64,000 bases of DNA. It comes from an uncultured delta proteobacterium. GTDB taxonomy: Bacteria > Desulfobacterota > Binatia > Binatales > Binataceae. The DNA lies in assembly GCA_963711565.1 (NCBI GenBank), contig CAVQEQ010000003.1, forward strand, positions 1,248,001 to 1,312,000. Reading direction: 5' to 3'. Shown here in pieces: positions 1 to 10,302 of the stretch. Position 1 is the stretch's first letter, and each line of letters starts with the position of its first letter. The notes beneath the pieces were generated by a model. That model did not search any database. It was not told the DNA's origin and saw only the letters and a list, made by a program, of their open reading frames with translations. Position numbers and translations under genes: made by a program.

Positions 1-671
1 ATCGCCGACTTCTCGTTCTCGGTGAGATCGTTCATCGTCGCCGGATCGGGCATCGCGATCGGCATGTTGAGATGAATCCCGATGCAGTTGCTCGGGTCCT
101 GGATTCCAATGCAGGTCGTAACGATCGATCCCCAATCTCCGCCCTGCGCCGCGTATCTCTTGTAGCCGAGCCGCGGCATCAGCTCCGCCCACGCGCTCGC
201 GATACGCTGAACGTTCCAGCCGTTGCGCGCGGGCTTGTCCGAGAAACCGTAGCCCGGAAGCGACGGGCAGACGACGTGAAAGGCGTCCGCCGCATCGCCG
301 CCATGCGCGGTCGGATTGGTGAGCGGCTCGATCACCTTTTGAAACTCGACGATCGACCCCGGCCATCCGTGCGTTATCATCAGCGGCATCGCGTCGGCAT
401 GCGGCGATCGCACGTGCACGAAATGTATCCCGAGCCCGTCGATCGTCGTCTTGAACTGCGCGAAGCGATTGAGCCGAGCCTCGCGCGCGCGCCAGTCGTA
501 TTTCTCGAGCCAATACGCGGCGACCTCCCGCGCGTACGCGAGCGGCAGTCCTTGCGACCAGTCATCGACGCACTCGCGCTCGGGCCATCGCGTCTCGCGC
601 AGGCGCCGCTTCAGGTCGTCGAGTTGCGCCTCGGTCGCCGCAATGCGGAAGGGTTCTATATTGTTGCTCAT
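1..671 (-). CDS. epoxide hydrolase (alpha/beta hydrolase, EHN N-terminal domain), runs off the window start
   Basis: Manual minus-strand translation from ATG 671: MSNNIEPFRIAATEAQLDDLKRRLRETRWP...HGWPGSIVEF...PSLPGYGFSDKP...AQGGDWGS, the hallmark epoxide hydrolase motifs. Absent from the ORF track because it is truncated. Confidence 0.93.
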   Translation of the reverse strand, partial: MSNNIEPFRIAATEAQLDDLKRRLRETRWPERECVDDWSQGLPLAYAREVAAYWLEKYDWRAREARLNRFAQFKTTIDGLGIHFVHVRSPHADAMPLMITHGWPGSIVEFQKVIEPLTNPTAHGGDAADAFHVVCPSLPGYGFSDKPARNGWNVQRIASAWAELMPRLGYKRYAAQGGDWGSIVTTCIGIQDPSNCIGIHLNMPIAMPDPATMNDLTENEKSA

Positions 672-721
672 CGACGGATCTCTTGCCGAATCATTTTTCG
701 GAGTCAAGGACTGCGCTCGTC

Positions 722-1171
722 TCAACGGCGCGAGTCGCTTCTATCGTGCCGCCGCTTGAGCGAGCTTCGCGCCTGTTCGTCCTCGACACTCTCCATCCGC
801 TCGCGTATCCGCTCGAAGCTGCCGTCGAAAGCCATGACGAGCTTCGCATCGACTTCGATATGCCGCGCATTCTTCGCAACCTTCGGATTGGGGTCATGTT
901 GCAGGCGCTTCGCGGCCTGTCTGAGCCGATTGAAGACCTCCCAAGGCATTGCGCAAGGACAGATCTCGCGCACCGCCCGCGCCCGCGTTTCATCGTCAGC
1001 GGATTGCATCTCGGCGACGATTCTCGCGGCTTCAGCCTCCCAATCGACTCCCGCCCTCGACTTCTCAACCGTCTGCACAAAGTGCTCGACATGCGCGATC
1101 TCGCGGCGCGAGCGATGCGGCTTCGCCGTCTTCCTAAAAGCATCGGTCTTCGGATCGAATTGTGTAACCAA
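722..1171 (-). CDS. hypothetical protein, possible HEAT-like helical repeat with CPC motif
   Basis: TTG start preceded by GAGGTGAG; helical sequence SADDETRARAVREICPC...LQHDPNPKVAKNA. Confidence 0.6.
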   Translation of the reverse strand: MVTQFDPKTDAFRKTAKPHRSRREIAHVEHFVQTVEKSRAGVDWEAEAARIVAEMQSADDETRARAVREICPCAMPWEVFNRLRQAAKRLQHDPNPKVAKNARHIEVDAKLVMAFDGSFERIRERMESVEDEQARSSLKRRHDRSDSRR

Positions 1172-1499
1172 GACTCACCTCATAGTGATGTACGCGGAAT
1201 TGACCACAGACCGGTCTGGCCGTGAGCCAACCTGCGCAGCGTCGAGGCGAGAAGCTTCTGAAATCTAGACGCGGGACGGGCGAAGAGGCACGATCAGCCG
1301 ATCTTTCGCAGATTCATGGCGATGCGGCGGTATAATCGGTCTGTCCTCCTCGCTAAAGAATCGTAACTCCCATCGTGGTAACACGCAGCGACGCGTGAGG
1401 CAACGCGGGTTCACGAACCGCGACCGCATCCGCCGTTGCACTTCACGCAAAATAATTTGTAATGTCGCTCTGGTCTGATCGGTAGAAGGAGCACGCCCG

Positions 1500-2333
1500 A
1501 TGATCCCCGCTAACGCCGCGCCTCTCGCGATTGCGCTCCTCGGACTGCTGCTCGGGATGCGTCACGCAACCGATCCCGATCACGTCATCGCCGTCACCAC
1601 CATCCTCAGCCGCGAACGCCGCTTCGCTGTGGCCGCCCGCATCGGCGTCGTCTGGGGACTCGGGCATACGCTGACGGTCCTGCTGGTCGGCGCCGCTATC
1701 ATCGTATTCAAAATTGCGATTCCGGCCCGGCTCGGCCTCGCGATGGAATTTGCGGTCGCTATCGTGCTGATCCTGCTCGGCATCGGCGCCGCGGCGAACC
1801 TGATCCGCAATGCCGCGACTCGAATCAGCGGCGGTACCTCGCGCGATGAAGCCCTCGTCGTCCATGCGCACGCGCACACTCACGACGGCGCGACGCATGC
1901 ACATCCGCACGTTCACCTTAGTCCTCATGAAGATCTCGCCGACGCGATGCATCACGATCATCGCATCCCGGTTGACGCGATGCCGTCGTTCGCCGCACGC
2001 CGCCCGCTGTTGAGATCGTTCGCCGTGGGACTCGTGCATGGACTAGCGGGCAGCGCCGCGATTGCGTTGCTGGTCCTGAGCGCGATTCCGAGTCCGCTAT
2101 GGGCGACGCTCTACCTGGCGATCTTCTGCGTCGGCACGATCATCGGCATGGCGTTGATCACGACTGCAATCGCGACGCCGTTCATGGTCGCGTCACAGCG
2201 CGCGTCGTGGCTCCATCAAGGCCTCGTCACCGGCTCAGGCCTGTTGAGTTTCGGCTTCGGCCTGTTCCTCGCCTACCACATCGGTATCGTCGATCATCTG
2301 TTCAGCGCCGCGCCAATTTGGATACCGCAATAG
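1500..2333 (+). CDS. high-affinity nickel/cobalt transporter (HoxN/NixA/UreH-like)
   Basis: GMRHATDPDH and GLVHGLAGSA motifs, His-rich loop, multiple TM helices, AGGAG RBS. Confidence 0.9.
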   Translation: MIPANAAPLAIALLGLLLGMRHATDPDHVIAVTTILSRERRFAVAARIGVVWGLGHTLTVLLVGAAIIVFKIAIPARLGLAMEFAVAIVLILLGIGAAANLIRNAATRISGGTSRDEALVVHAHAHTHDGATHAHPHVHLSPHEDLADAMHHDHRIPVDAMPSFAARRPLLRSFAVGLVHGLAGSAAIALLVLSAIPSPLWATLYLAIFCVGTIIGMALITTAIATPFMVASQRASWLHQGLVTGSGLLSFGFGLFLAYHIGIVDHLFSAAPIWIPQ

Positions 2334-2352
2334 AAACGCTCCTCAGACCGGT

Positions 2353-2886
2353 TCACAGAACAACCGCCATCGTCAGCGTGAACGTGCCTTTAGTGACACC
2401 GTCGCACTTCTTCGCCTTGTAGGTTCCTTCGATCGTGGGCACGGTCACAGTATCGTCAGGTGCCTCGACCGGGATCTGGATGGTTCCCTGGGCCGATACC
2501 GAGCACTTGCTGCCCTTCTGCTTGAGCTTGAACTTCAGATCCTCGCCGTTGCTATTGATAGTCCCCTTGTAAGAGCCGGACCCGGAGCCGGCGGTCCAGG
2601 TTCCCATGAACTTGTTGTGCTTCTGAAAGACCTCAATCGCGAACGAAGTAGTTCCGGCTTCATCGTCAACGATCGACCCCGACCAATCGCCTGCGATATC
2701 CGGCGGAGGCACTTTCTTATCCGGCTCGGTCGCCACGTCCGCGCCATCGTCTGTTGAGTCGCTGGCATCCTGCGCCCAAGCCGCGTTACCGTAAGATTGG
2801 CTATGGGAGACAAGATTTGCGAGTCGCCCCGATGCGAACAGAGCGACTGAGAACGTCAGCAATGCTAAACCAGTCTTGGATTTCAT
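2353..2886 (-). CDS. exported hypothetical protein
   Basis: Signal-like N-terminus, acidic linker, beta-rich domain (IAGDWSGS) with two Cys. Confidence 0.75.
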   Translation of the reverse strand: MKSKTGLALLTFSVALFASGRLANLVSHSQSYGNAAWAQDASDSTDDGADVATEPDKKVPPPDIAGDWSGSIVDDEAGTTSFAIEVFQKHNKFMGTWTAGSGSGSYKGTINSNGEDLKFKLKQKGSKCSVSAQGTIQIPVEAPDDTVTVPTIEGTYKAKKCDGVTKGTFTLTMAVVL

Positions 2887-3001
2887 TTGCCCTCTTTACC
2901 AGCTTGAAAATGTGGTGGCGCAAAATGTCTCACGGTATAAACGTTCACGCAAGCACTTGATCAAAATTGCCGGAGACGAAGATCAATCAAAGGAGAAAAA
3001 T

Positions 3002-3691
3002 ATGATCGACCTCTACTATTGGCCGACGCCGAACGGGCACAAAATCACAATCTTTCTCGAGGAGACCGGGCTCGAATACAAAATCGTCCCCGTGAATATC
3101 CGCAAGGGTGAGCAGTTCGCGCCCGAGTTTCTCAAGTTCAGCCCCAACAACCGGATGCCTGCGATCATCGACCATGACGGTCCCGGCGGAAAGCCGCTCG
3201 CACTGTTCGAGTCGGGCGCGATCCTGCTCTACCTCGCCGAGAAGACCGGCAAGTTCATGCCGTCGGAAATGCGCGCGCGTTACAACGTCGTACAATGGCT
3301 GATGTTCCAGATGGCGGGCGTCGGCCCGATGTTCGGGCAGCGCGGACACTTTCTGCGCGCCGCACCCGAGAAGATTCCATACGCGATTGACCGCTACACC
3401 AACGAGTCGCGCCGCCTGCTGAACGTAATCGAAAATCAGCTTGCCAATAACGCCTACCTGGCCGGCGATTACTCGATCGCGGACATGGCGACCTATCCGT
3501 GGGTGGTGGGAACGCGCCGCGAACCCGAACAGTTGGAGAGCCGCCCGAATTTCAAGCGATGGCTCGACACAATCGGCGATCGTCCCGCCGTAAAACGCGG
3601 CGTCGCGGTGATGGCCGACCTCCCGCCCGAGCCGCTCGACGAAGCCGCCCGCTCAATCCTGTACGGCGCCAAGCAGTTCGAGCACCACTAG
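3002..3691 (+). CDS. glutathione S-transferase, YfcG/Nu-class-like
   Basis: MIDLYYWPTPNG, FSPNNRMPAI, LFESGAILLYLAEK, YSIADMA; AGGAG RBS before ATG 3002. Confidence 0.93.
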   Translation: MIDLYYWPTPNGHKITIFLEETGLEYKIVPVNIRKGEQFAPEFLKFSPNNRMPAIIDHDGPGGKPLALFESGAILLYLAEKTGKFMPSEMRARYNVVQWLMFQMAGVGPMFGQRGHFLRAAPEKIPYAIDRYTNESRRLLNVIENQLANNAYLAGDYSIADMATYPWVVGTRREPEQLESRPNFKRWLDTIGDRPAVKRGVAVMADLPPEPLDEAARSILYGAKQFEHH

Positions 3692-3729
3692 CAGCGCGGC
3701 TTCTCGGACAAGACCGCCGGAGCCGCTCA

Positions 3730-3875
3730 TCGTCATCCGACGAAGCGAGCATCGCGAGCGTGCTTGTCACCCTGACGAAGCAGCCATCTGCGAGCGCGCT
3801 TATCACCCCGACAAAGCAACGCGAGCTAGTTTGTCATCCTGACGAAGCGAGCATCGCGAGCGGCAGGAAGGATCT
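3730..3875 (+). repeat. four tandem degenerate ~34-bp REP-like units (TGTCATCCTGACGAAGCGAGCATCGCGAGC consensus)
   Basis: Units at ~3730, 3764, 3800 and 3831; the last ends GGAAGGATCT. A related copy lies at 37107-37145. Confidence 0.75.
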
Positions 3876-3930
3876 CGGACAGCTTCGCGCCAGCGAAGCC
3901 GGTTCCGGTTTCTCAATCGCGCAGCGCTCC

Positions 3931-5592
3931 TTACCGATGCCCCATCGCACCGCTCCCTCCGTGCGGCGCTGCGACATGTCCCCCGCCTCCGCTACCGCGC
4001 GCGGGCGCGAATGCCTTCACCTGCTGCGCATGCTGCCGTTCGAAGGATTGCATTTGCTGCGAGTGCTGACGCTGTAGATCCTGCTGTTGCGCGAAGTTCT
4101 GGCGCTGCGCCCGCTCCTCATCGGCCGCCTGCTTGCGCACGAGCGCCTGCGTCTCACTCTGATGCCGGCGCACGAGTTCCGCTGACTCCTGGACGTGACT
4201 CTCCTCGACCTTCGTCCAGTCAGCGCCGCTTTCATCGGCAGCCTTTGCGGGCCGCTGAACTTCCTGCAGATGCTGACGTTCAAACGCCTCCGTCTCCGCG
4301 TCATGCTTTTGCTGCAGCTGTTTCAATTGCGCCGCCTGTTCGCGCGCGGCCTCCTGTTGCTGCTGCGCGCGATTTCGTTCGAGGTCCTGCAAGTCCACGT
4401 TGTGCTTCTGCTGGAGAGCTTGCTGTTGCACGCCATGCTCGCGCGCTACCGATTCGCGCATCGCGTCATTCCAGTCAGGATGACGCTGCAAGGCCACCGC
4501 CGGATCTTTCTGCGCCCACCAATGCAAGTCATGCCAGACGTGCTTGTCGTCGTAGTCGCCTTTCCATTCGGGATGGTGCTGATCGGCCCAGGCGGCGTCA
4601 TGCTGATGCCACCAGGTGTCGGTATGCCATACATGCTTGTCGTCGTAATCACCCCACCAGTTGGGATGATTCTCGCGCGCCCAAGTCGGATTAGTCGCCC
4701 ACCACCAGCTCGCCGGACGCCAGATTTTGTTGTCGTCGTATGCGCCCCACCAGTCCGGATGGTTCTCGCGCACCCACTCGGGTTGGTTCTGCCACCACCA
4801 TCCAGCCGGCCGCCAGAAATGCTGGTCGTCGAACGCGCCCCACCAGTCGGGATGATTCTGTCGGCACCAGTCGGGCGCGTACTGCCACCACCATCCTGCC
4901 GGCCGCCAATAATGATGATTGTCGAACTCGCCCCACCAATCCGGGTGATGGAGCGGCACCCAATCGGGATGATACTGATACCACCACGGCGCTGCGTACC
5001 ACACGCCCTCGTAGTAATCGCCCCACCAATCCGGATGATGCGCGATCACCCATTGGGGCTGTAGCTGCCACCACCACGGCGCGGGATACCAGGAACCGTT
5101 CCAGTCATCGCCCCACCATTCGGGATGATTCTGCACCACCCAGTTGGGCTGGAGAATCCACCACCATCCCGCCGGATACCAAACGCCCTGATCAACGTCG
5201 CCCCACCATTCCGGGTGATGCTCACGCGCCCATTCAGGCTGATACTGATACCACCACGTCGCGGGATACCAATTGCCCTGGTAGTAATCGCCCCACCATT
5301 CCGGGTGATGATCGCGGACCCACGAGGGCTGCGAATCCCACCACCACCAGGCCGGGTGCCAATTGTGATCGTCGTCAAAGTCGCCCCACCATTCGGGGTG
5401 ATGCTGTTTGACCCACTCTGGCTGCGAACCCCACCACCATGCGGCATCTCGCCATGTGTGGCCGCTATCGTAGTCGCCCCACCTCGGCACTTCCGGAATC
5501 GGCGTCGGCCATGGTTTGTACTGTGCGAACGCGGGCGTCGCCAGCATAAGGAGAAATGTCGCCGCTGCCAGCAGACCCTTGATTCTGGTCAT
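3931..5592 (-). CDS. secreted Trp-rich tandem-repeat protein with Gln-rich coiled-coil tail
   Basis: Signal peptide ending AFA|Q; ~11 repeats of HP(E/D)WWG(D/A)xxxxxWxPAxWWWxxxPxWxxx; GGAGG RBS. Confidence 0.88.
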   Translation of the reverse strand: MTRIKGLLAAATFLLMLATPAFAQYKPWPTPIPEVPRWGDYDSGHTWRDAAWWWGSQPEWVKQHHPEWWGDFDDDHNWHPAWWWWDSQPSWVRDHHPEWWGDYYQGNWYPATWWYQYQPEWAREHHPEWWGDVDQGVWYPAGWWWILQPNWVVQNHPEWWGDDWNGSWYPAPWWWQLQPQWVIAHHPDWWGDYYEGVWYAAPWWYQYHPDWVPLHHPDWWGEFDNHHYWRPAGWWWQYAPDWCRQNHPDWWGAFDDQHFWRPAGWWWQNQPEWVRENHPDWWGAYDDNKIWRPASWWWATNPTWARENHPNWWGDYDDKHVWHTDTWWHQHDAAWADQHHPEWKGDYDDKHVWHDLHWWAQKDPAVALQRHPDWNDAMRESVAREHGVQQQALQQKHNVDLQDLERNRAQQQQEAAREQAAQLKQLQQKHDAETEAFERQHLQEVQRPAKAADESGADWTKVEESHVQESAELVRRHQSETQALVRKQAADEERAQRQNFAQQQDLQRQHSQQMQSFERQHAQQVKAFAPARGSGGGGHVAAPHGGSGAMGHR

Positions 5593-5744
5593 CGATGCCT
5601 CCCCCGGACGATAGTCAAGTCAATCGCATCGCAAGCCAATATACTTCGGCAAGTCACTACCTATTATATTTACGTATCGCAACCAACAATCGTTTACAGG
5701 ATAGTCACTGCCTGGGATGAATCAGCGCACGCCCTTGATTTCCG

Positions 5745-6172
5745 GTTCCTCTTCCCGCGCGGGAAGGGGAACAAAGTCATGGAGGTCGCGCCGTCCTATC
5801 CCGTCACCCCCTTTCCAGAGATGGAAAGGGGGAACAGAAACGGAAATTCGTTCTCGAGAGCTTTTACTGGATGGACAAGGGAACAAAGGGCAGAAAGCGG
5901 CTTTGACGCTGACAATTCTGGGTACTGCCGCACTTTCAAAATGGTCGGGGCCTTGCGCATTTGACAAGTGCAGCAGTACCCAATTCCGCCCGCGTTGCGC
6001 CAATAGCCCTAGCTCCGATTTCAGGATGGATAAGGGGAACCCGAACCTTCTGTCTGTTCCCCCTTTCCGCCCCGGAAAGGGGGGTTAGGGGGATAGGACG
6101 GCGGCGCGCTTCGACGTTTCTTCTGGTTCCCCGTCTCTATTTTTTTATGGGGAAGGGGTTAGGGGTTAGGGT
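5745..6172. repeat. cluster of palindromic REP-like units upstream of the DUF559 gene, including an inverted pair (5789-5838 / 6053-6103)
   Basis: CGCCGTCCTATCCC...CCCCCTTTCC-loop-GGAAAGGGGGAACAGA and its reverse complement; further units at 5745-5772 and 6125-6172. Confidence 0.85.
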
Positions 6173-6210
6173 GCTTTCGTTCGCCGCATCTCAATGATAA
6201 TCACTACCAG

Positions 6211-6588
6211 ATGATACTCTTGACTCTGTGTGAACAGAGAAATCCGGAACTGATGCGCCGCGCGCTGGAGCTGCGCCGACGCATGACTCCGGAAGAGCGC
6301 GTTATCTGGCAGGAGCTTCGCGGTAATCGGTTAGGCGCGCATTTCAGGCGACAGCAGGTGCTCGCGCCCTACATTGTGGATTTCTATTGTCACTCTGCGC
6401 GGCTGGTAGTGGAGATCGATGGAAGCCTGCATCGCCGGCAACAAGGATACGACCGAATGCGCGACGATTATTTCGGGCGCAGCGGAATCCGAGTGCTGAG
6501 GGTGTCGAACGTATCGGTGCGCAATGATTTGGCATCAGTGATTGCCTCGATTCGATCGGCGCTGCGCAGGCAAGACCCTAACCCCTAG
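6211..6588 (+). CDS. DUF559 / very-short-patch-repair-like PD-(D/E)XK endonuclease
   Basis: ALELRRRMTPEERVIWQELR...FRRQ...YIVDFYC...LVVEIDGSLH...DRMRD...GIRVLRVSN, the canonical DUF559 pattern; start may be 6253. Confidence 0.92.
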   Translation: MILLTLCEQRNPELMRRALELRRRMTPEERVIWQELRGNRLGAHFRRQQVLAPYIVDFYCHSARLVVEIDGSLHRRQQGYDRMRDDYFGRSGIRVLRVSNVSVRNDLASVIASIRSALRRQDPNP

Positions 6589-6750
6589 CCCTTCCCCAGG
6601 ATGGGGAAGGGGAAGAGCGAGAATTCATCGGGAGCGCGCCGTCCTATCCCATTCACCCCCTTCCCAGGGATGGAAAGGGGGAACAGAGAGGTCGTGGCGT
6701 CGTGCTATCCTATCTCCCCAGCCTCCTTTCCAGAATGTTCGAGGGGGGAT
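6575..6750 (+). repeat. REP-like palindromic units downstream of the DUF559 gene
   Basis: ACCCTAACCCCTAGCCCTTCCCC-agga-tGGGGAAGGGG (6575-6612, supplies the stop codon); 6637-6687 is a near copy of 5789-5838; degenerate third unit ~6705-6750. Confidence 0.85.
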
Positions 6751-6941
6751 GTACTTTTACGCAACCGCGCTTCCCGTGTTACCCATACGACATGGATACC
6801 ATTCATCAGGTCGAAACTCCCTCAACCCTTCAGCTCTGCTGCTCGACCATTTGGCGACCGGTCTCGTGCAAAACCACATTTTGACGGAACGAAGCTACCG
6901 GCAGTGGTTGGTCTCCGCCGAAAACGCAAGTAGTGATGTGA

Positions 6942-8216
<1,275 letters not shown>

Positions 8217-8229
8217 CTTGCGGGCAGTC

Positions 8230-9108
8230 CTACCGTGAACGCAGTGATGCGGCCAGCGCGAGCGTGCGGCGCGCCTGCTTCAGATGCGGCATGTCGAGCA
8301 TCTTGCCATCGAGCGCGACGGTCCCCGCCCCCGACGCGAATGCCTCGATCACGCGATTTGCGTGCGCGACATCTTCAGCCGACGGTGTGAACGCGGCGTT
8401 GATCACATCAACCTGGTCGGGATGAATCGCTATCTTGCCGGTGAAGCCTGCGCGATGTGCGGTCTCCGATTCTTTCTTGAGCGCCTCCGCGTCCTTGAAG
8501 TTTACCGACACCGTGTCGATCGGCTGGACCTCGGCTGCCACCGCCGCCAGCAGACACAACGACCGCGCCAGCTGGTAGGTGAAATCGAGAGCGCCGTCGG
8601 CTCGGCGATTCGTGCTGGCTCCCACCGCGGCCGCGAGGTCTTCAGCGCCCCACGTCATGGCCGACAGTCGCGGACTGCATCCGGCGAAACCGCCCAGCGC
8701 AAACATCGCTGCCGGCGTCTCAGTCGCCACTGGAATGATTGCGATCGATCCCTGCTTGACGCCCTCGCGGGCTTCCAGAGCCGACAGGAAATGATCGAGC
8801 ATCACGACATCGTTGGCCGAGGTGACCTTCGGGAGCATTATTCCATCAGGCGCGCCGGCGACGATCGCGCACAGGTCAGGAATCGCCTTCGGTGTCGAGA
8901 GCGGATTGATTCGAACCCACAGTTGGGTCTTCCCGCGATCGCGATGCGCGCGCAGATGCTCGAACACCATCGTGCGCGCGATCTCGGTGCGCTCCGCCGC
9001 GACTGCGTCCTCCAGATCGAGCACGAGCGCGTCGGCCCGCGAGGATTCCGACTTCGTGAGCTTGCGTTCGCTGTCGCCCGGCACGAACAGAAGCGAGCGC
9101 AGTGTCAT
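8230..9108 (-). CDS. CoA ester lyase (citrate lyase beta / HpcH-HpaI family)
   Basis: [36 protein letters not shown]; ATG 9108 overlaps the upstream MaoC stop. Confidence 0.92.
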   Translation of the reverse strand: MTLRSLLFVPGDSERKLTKSESSRADALVLDLEDAVAAERTEIARTMVFEHLRAHRDRGKTQLWVRINPLSTPKAIPDLCAIVAGAPDGIMLPKVTSANDVVMLDHFLSALEAREGVKQGSIAIIPVATETPAAMFALGGFAGCSPRLSAMTWGAEDLAAAVGASTNRRADGALDFTYQLARSLCLLAAVAAEVQPIDTVSVNFKDAEALKKESETAHRAGFTGKIAIHPDQVDVINAAFTPSAEDVAHANRVIEAFASGAGTVALDGKMLDMPHLKQARRTLALAASLRSR

Positions 9109-9560
9109 GAGGCCAGCCTCTTGCGCATCAGCGCCGACCGTTTGCAGTACGCGACTTCCTCCGCGCGCTGGTTGAAGCATCGATGGTCGAACACGACGAT
9201 CCCCGCGTCCGGCCGCGAGCGGCTTTCGCGCTTCTCGGCGACCGTGGTCTCGGCGCGCAGCGTGTCGCCGATAAACACGGGATGCGCGAAGCGCGTGTCG
9301 GCCATGCCGAGATTCGCGATCGTGGTGCCAAGCGTAGTGTCGCCGACCGACACTCCGATCATCAGGCCGAGCGTGAAGATGCTGTTGACGATGCGCTGGC
9401 CGAACTCGGTGCCCTTGGCGAATTCCGCATCTAGATGCAGCGGCTGTGGATTATGCGTCAGCGCGCAGAAGATCAGATTGTCGGTTTCCGTGATCGTCCG
9501 CGTGATCGCGTGCTTGAAAATCTGGCCTGTCTCGAATTCCTCAAAATATAGTCCCGACAT
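9105..9560 (-). CDS. MaoC family dehydratase
   Basis: [31 protein letters not shown]. Confidence 0.92.
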   Translation of the reverse strand: MSGLYFEEFETGQIFKHAITRTITETDNLIFCALTHNPQPLHLDAEFAKGTEFGQRIVNSIFTLGLMIGVSVGDTTLGTTIANLGMADTRFAHPVFIGDTLRAETTVAEKRESRSRPDAGIVVFDHRCFNQRAEEVAYCKRSALMRKRLAS

Positions 9561-9561
9561 C

Positions 9562-10302
9562 TTACTCCCGCTCCTTCATCATCGATTGCGCGACTTCGAG
9601 ACTCACCAGCCGCGCGATCAGTATCGCCACATACAGTTGCCCGAACACCGACTCCATCACCGACAGGCTGCGCGCGCCCTCGGACACCGGCGCGATATCC
9701 CCGAAACCCGTCGTCGTCAGGCACACGAAGCTGTAGTAGATGAAGCTGTGCAGCGACGCCATGAGCGGCGCGGTGTTTCCTGCCGGCCTTAGAAAGAGCG
9801 CGGCGCTGAATGAACCCGGATGCTGCAGTTCGACGACTGCGAAGCCGTACGCAAACGCAACTGCCGTCAGCAGGTAGGCGCAAATCGCCGCGCTGATTGT
9901 GTCGAGCGTCACGCTCTTTACGATGAACAGCCTCGACACGAGGGCGACGACCGTGACGGCCAGGAACAGGCATGAAGAGATCGCACCGGCCAATTCGACC
10001 GTTGGATTGAATGTGAACAGCAGCGCCACCCGGCATCCGATCGACGGGACCAGCAAAACCAGCGCGACGGCGAAATAGATTCTGGTCGAGCGAAATGCGT
10101 AAAGCGCGGCCAGCAGCACCAGCGATATCGTCGCGGTCGCGACATTCTGCGCGAGCGCATGTCCCACGAAAATGGGCTGAGTGACAAGCAGCAGCAGAAT
10201 TGTCGCGAGCAGGAGCGTAAATCTGCCCGGCCAATTGTGATGCGCCAGACCCAGCCGGCTCCATAGCGCGGAGTGGGTGATGGCGCTGCTCGTCGCGCTC
10301 AT
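9562..10302 (-). CDS. potassium channel family protein (Ion_trans_2)
   Basis: TM helices and pore signature [30 protein letters not shown]. Confidence 0.88.
   Translation of the reverse strand: MSATSSAITHSALWSRLGLAHHNWPGRFTLLLATILLLLVTQPIFVGHALAQNVATATISLVLLAALYAFRSTRIYFAVALVLLVPSIGCRVALLFTFNPTVELAGAISSCLFLAVTVVALVSRLFIVKSVTLDTISAAICAYLLTAVAFAYGFAVVELQHPGSFSAALFLRPAGNTAPLMASLHSFIYYSFVCLTTTGFGDIAPVSEGARSLSVMESVFGQLYVAILIARLVSLEVAQSMMKERE

Noticed and set aside
72-1268. 398-aa plus-strand ORF and other long antisense ORFs (8284-9792, 33700-35790, 47961-49421, 53273-54898, 62458-63768)
   Set aside because: Shadow frames of well-supported opposite-strand genes, common in high-GC DNA.
3730-3875. 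CRISPR array
   Set aside because: Units are degenerate, abut each other without unique spacers, and there are no cas genes; better explained as REP-like repeats.
4450-5490. CRISPR-like ~90-bp periodic CCCCACCA motifs
   Set aside because: They are the WWG codons of the minus-strand Trp-repeat protein.
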